Source: Planctomycetota bacterium (GTDB lineage Bacteria > Planctomycetota > PLA2 > JAEUHO01). From it: a stretch of DNA of 64,000 nt. The stretch covers positions 249,292-313,291 of the forward strand of contig CBDCWP010000044.1 in assembly GCA_965223505.1 (NCBI GenBank). Direction: 5' to 3'. The notes beneath the pieces were generated by a model. It was not told the DNA's origin. It did no database searches and was given only the letters and a program-made list of their open reading frames with translations. Shown here in pieces: positions 61,297-64,000 of the stretch. The first letter of the stretch is position 1. Every line of letters starts with the position of its first letter. The position numbers and the translations under genes are program-made.

Positions 61297-61602
61297 CAGA
61301 TTCCGCCCAGAAGCATCATGTTCGAAAGCGTTGAAGATGAGGTAGTCAGACCTGTCAGACCTGGAGTTGCGAGTTCTTCGTTGGTGGTCGCCGTTAGCTC
61401 GGCATTCGCTCAAGACTCGCGATAGACGTGCAGCGGAGCTGAAGGCGTCGGAACTCCAACGGAAAGGCCGAGATGAAGGACGGCTGGAGTGTGCGACCCG
61501 TTCGAGGAACAACTGACGATTCCAAGCCGCTCAAGGAGCGACATGGCGGACTTTGAGACGACCACTGCGAGGGCGCAGACGTCGTCGAGCAGTGATGCAT
61601 CG
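61297..61602 (+). repeat. Error-rich duplicate of 60,185-60,474
   Basis: CAGATTCCGCCCAGAAG..GTCAGACCTGTCAGACCTG.. repeated with indels. Confidence 0.85.
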
Positions 61603-61678
61603 GTAAGCGTCCTGTGAACCGCGCCTTGCAGCGTTGTTTCGATCCGTCAGGATTCTCCGTTCTGAACGGAGATGGCCG

Positions 61679-61996
61679 ATGGCAGCGAAGAAACGGTGGC
61701 GCGGCAGAGCGACGTACGAGCGGTTGCTCGAGCAGCGCGCGCGTGAGGGCCTGACGTTTTCTGAACTCGCCGAGCGCTCCGGTGTCCCGGTTGGGACGCT
61801 TCAGCGCTGGGCTCGCCGACTGCGAAGCGAGGCGGCGAGCGCGGTCGAGCCCTTCGTGGAGCTCGCACCCGTTCAGCCGGAATCTTGCGAGGAGCGCGTC
61901 GAAGTCGTGCTGTGTTCAGGCCGCACGATCTACCTGCCGACATCGAAACCGTTCGTGGGGCTCGAGGAGCTCGTGACGCTGCTCGAGTCGTGCTGA
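61679..61996 (+). CDS. tnpA: IS66 accessory protein TnpA
   Basis: GLTFSELAERSGVPVGTLQRW HTH; FVEL..VEVVL. Confidence 0.82.
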   Translation: MAAKKRWRGRATYERLLEQRAREGLTFSELAERSGVPVGTLQRWARRLRSEAASAVEPFVELAPVQPESCEERVEVVLCSGRTIYLPTSKPFVGLEELVTLLESC

Positions 61997-62370
61997 GCCT
62001 GCCGGACGCGGTGCGCGTGTTCGTAGCGCGCGAGCCGGTGGACTTTCGCAAGGCGCACGACGGGCTGTGCCAGGTCGTTCGCGACGTCTTCGGCGACGAC
62101 CCGCTCTCGGGGCATCTGTTCGTGTTCACCAACAAGCGTCGTGATCGTATCAAGCTGCTCTTCTGGGACCGCAACGGACTGTGGCTTCTGTACAAGCGAT
62201 TGGAGCGCGGCACGTTCCCGCGCTTCTCGCTGCCCGGACGTGCATCGCGCCGCGAGGTCGATCGTTCGTGGCTTGCGATGTTGCTCGACGGATTGGAGCC
62301 GTTCTCGGCAAAAGTTCATTCGCGTCATGTCCGACGTGTGCGTATAGATGAACGCAGCGCGCATGGATGA
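61990..62370 (+). CDS. tnpB: IS66 accessory protein TnpB
   Basis: PVDFRKAHDGL..HLFVFTNKRRDRIKLLFWDRNG..KRLERGTF. Confidence 0.92.
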   Translation: MLSLPDAVRVFVAREPVDFRKAHDGLCQVVRDVFGDDPLSGHLFVFTNKRRDRIKLLFWDRNGLWLLYKRLERGTFPRFSLPGRASRREVDRSWLAMLLDGLEPFSAKVHSRHVRRVRIDERSAHG

Positions 62371-63956
62371 ACGCACGGCCCTTCTCGAACGTATCAATGA
62401 GCTCGAGAACGAGGTGTCGGCGCGCGACGCGAAGATCGGAGAGCGCGACGCTGCGATCGAATCGCGCGATGCGAAGATCGCGCAACTCCTACAAAACGTG
62501 GATGCGCTCAAGCGCATGATCTGGGGCGGCTCGGAGAAGCAATCGACCAACGCTGCGCCGCTTGAATCCGCGCAGTTGTTCCTGGCCGGCATCCTCGAGC
62601 GAGCGCTGCGCGGGCCTGAGGCCAAGGGTGCGGTGGCCACGAGCCAGATCCAGGTTCCTGCGCACACGCGCAAGAAGAAGGGGCGCCGCAACCAGTTCCC
62701 CGAGCACCTGCCGGTGCTCAAGACGACGTTCGAGCTTGCGGAGACGGAGCGCTCATGCCCCTGCGGCGGCCATTTGGAGCCGATGGGCAAGCAAACCAGC
62801 AAGGAGCTCGAGCGGGTGGAGTTCTCGCTGGTGCACGAGATCGAGCGGGTGAAGTACAGCTGCCGAAGTTGCCAAGAGAACGTGGTGACCGCGGCGGGTC
62901 CTGAGCGGGTGATCGACAAGGGCATCCTGGGTGTGGGGTTCTTGGCGCACGTGCTCACGGAGCGGTTCTTGAATCACATGCCGTATCACCGGCAGGAGAA
63001 GAAGTACGGATCGGAAGGCCTTTCGCTCTCGCGCTCGGTGCTCTCTTCTTCCTCGATCCGCTGCGCACAGCTCCTGGAGCCCATCGTGGATCAACTGCGG
63101 CGCGAGATTCTGGGTTCGGACATCGTGCACACCGACGACACACCGGTGACGATGCTTCAAGACAGCACGGGCGTGAAGCGCCAGGCGCGGGGTGTGGATC
63201 TATCGCGACATCGACGGCCGTTGCTTCTTCGATTTCACGCAGACTCGCAGCCGGGACGGGCCACAGAAGATCTTCGGCGACTTCGGCGGCTACATCGTGG
63301 CCGATGCGTTTCCGGGCTACGACAAGTTCTTCACGCACGGCACGGCCACGGAAGTGGCCTGCTGGGCACACGCGCGTCGGAAGTTCGTGGCGGCGGAGTC
63401 GAGCGAGCCGAAGCTGGCCAAGGAAGCGATTCGCCAGATCGGCGAGTTGTACGCAATCGAGAAGCTCGGCAAGGACCTGGACGCGAAAGCTCGAAGAGAG
63501 CTTCGCGTACGTGAGTCCCTGCCGCGACTTGGCGCGCTGCGGACGTGGTTCGCGGCAACGCGCTCGACGGTTCTGGACAAAGGCGCCATGGGCCAGGCCA
63601 TCGACTACGCGCTATCCAACTGGGACGCGCTCGTGCGCTACACCGAGGACGGGCGGCTTCCGATCGACAACAACGCCGCGGAGCGCGCGCTCAGAGGCGT
63701 CGCGGTGGGACGCAAGAACTGGATGTTCGTAGGCAACCAGGCCGGCGGCGAGACGGCCGCGGGAATGTACAGCCTGGTGGAGAGCTGCAAGGCCGCGGGC
63801 GTGAATCCGCGCGAGTACTTCCAGGACGTGTTGCTGCGCATCGCCACGTGCTCGGATGTGACCAAGCTCACGCCGCACGGATGGAAGGAACACTTCCTGC
63901 CGGACGTCGAGCAGCGACGCCAGAGCGCGCTGAAGAAGCTCTTCGCTCGCGCGTAG
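62363..63956 (+). CDS. tnpC: IS66 transposase TnpC, frameshifted near 63,190
   Basis: CPCGG zinc finger, HTDDTPV, CWAHARRKF, IDNNAAERALR..GRKNW; frame change in a G run. Confidence 0.88.
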
Positions 63957-64000
63957 CGTCCCCTACGTGACTCGCCGACGAACGCAAGGCGGGTTTCGCC

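Larger units (their letters stand above)
24001..64000. mobile_element. Decayed tRNA-anchored genomic island / IS-rich region (right end beyond the window)
   Basis: Starts at the tRNA-Val 3' fragment; visibly less GC-biased codon use; integrase remnants, many ISs and pseudogenes. Confidence 0.7.
61603..64000 (+). mobile_element. IS66-family element (right end at or beyond the window edge)
   Basis: Starts GTAAGCG; tnpA-tnpB-tnpC order. Confidence 0.9.

Noticed and set aside
61885..62370. RNA-guided TnpB nuclease
   Set aside because: This is the unrelated IS66 accessory TnpB (~126 aa, no RuvC motifs)
63180..63200. Programmed frameshift in IS66 tnpC
   Set aside because: The shift lies in a G homopolymer, tnpC is normally a single ORF, and the region has other indel-type errors
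1..64000. CRISPR array, cas genes, or CAST-type targeting for the dual-DDE element
   Set aside because: No regularly spaced repeats and no Cas, TniQ or TnsC-like ORFs were found

Overview
High-GC bacterial DNA; the gene content (membrane-anchored ECF sigma factor, HEAT, FGE-sulfatase and carboxypeptidase-regulatory-like proteins) suggests Planctomycetota, which is inference. Bases 1-~23,950 are orderly chromosomal/accessory genes: SLC12-like permease, ABC1/UbiB kinase, ECF sigma fusion, CAP protein, DinB, GNAT, a TIR-TM-FGE receptor-like protein, a secreted zinc metalloprotease, HEAT proteins, a Ser/Thr kinase-TPR, and an orphan contractile-tail sheath remnant plus tube gene. A 3' fragment of tRNA-Val(GAC) at 23,954-24,000 marks an att site. 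To its right lies a >40 kb decayed, IS-riddled island containing a second att-like tRNA-Asp 3' fragment, split tyrosine-integrase remnants, two intact and several broken IS256 copies, an integrase-core IS with 66-bp perfect TIRs, an IS66, and IS5, RHS and VirD4-like fragments. Its cargo includes a HEPN protein, a kinase, FGE proteins and several surface proteins. The best candidate for an undescribed system is a 3,407-bp TGT...ACA element present twice in inverted orientation (26,367-29,773 and 54,136-57,542). It encodes two different DDE transposases, both with intact D-D-E triads, and two small HTH proteins, has no AAA+ ATPase, and its copies differ mostly at synonymous sites. Some stretches (32.8-33.6 kb, 61.05-61.6 kb, several single frameshifts) look like long-read assembly error.
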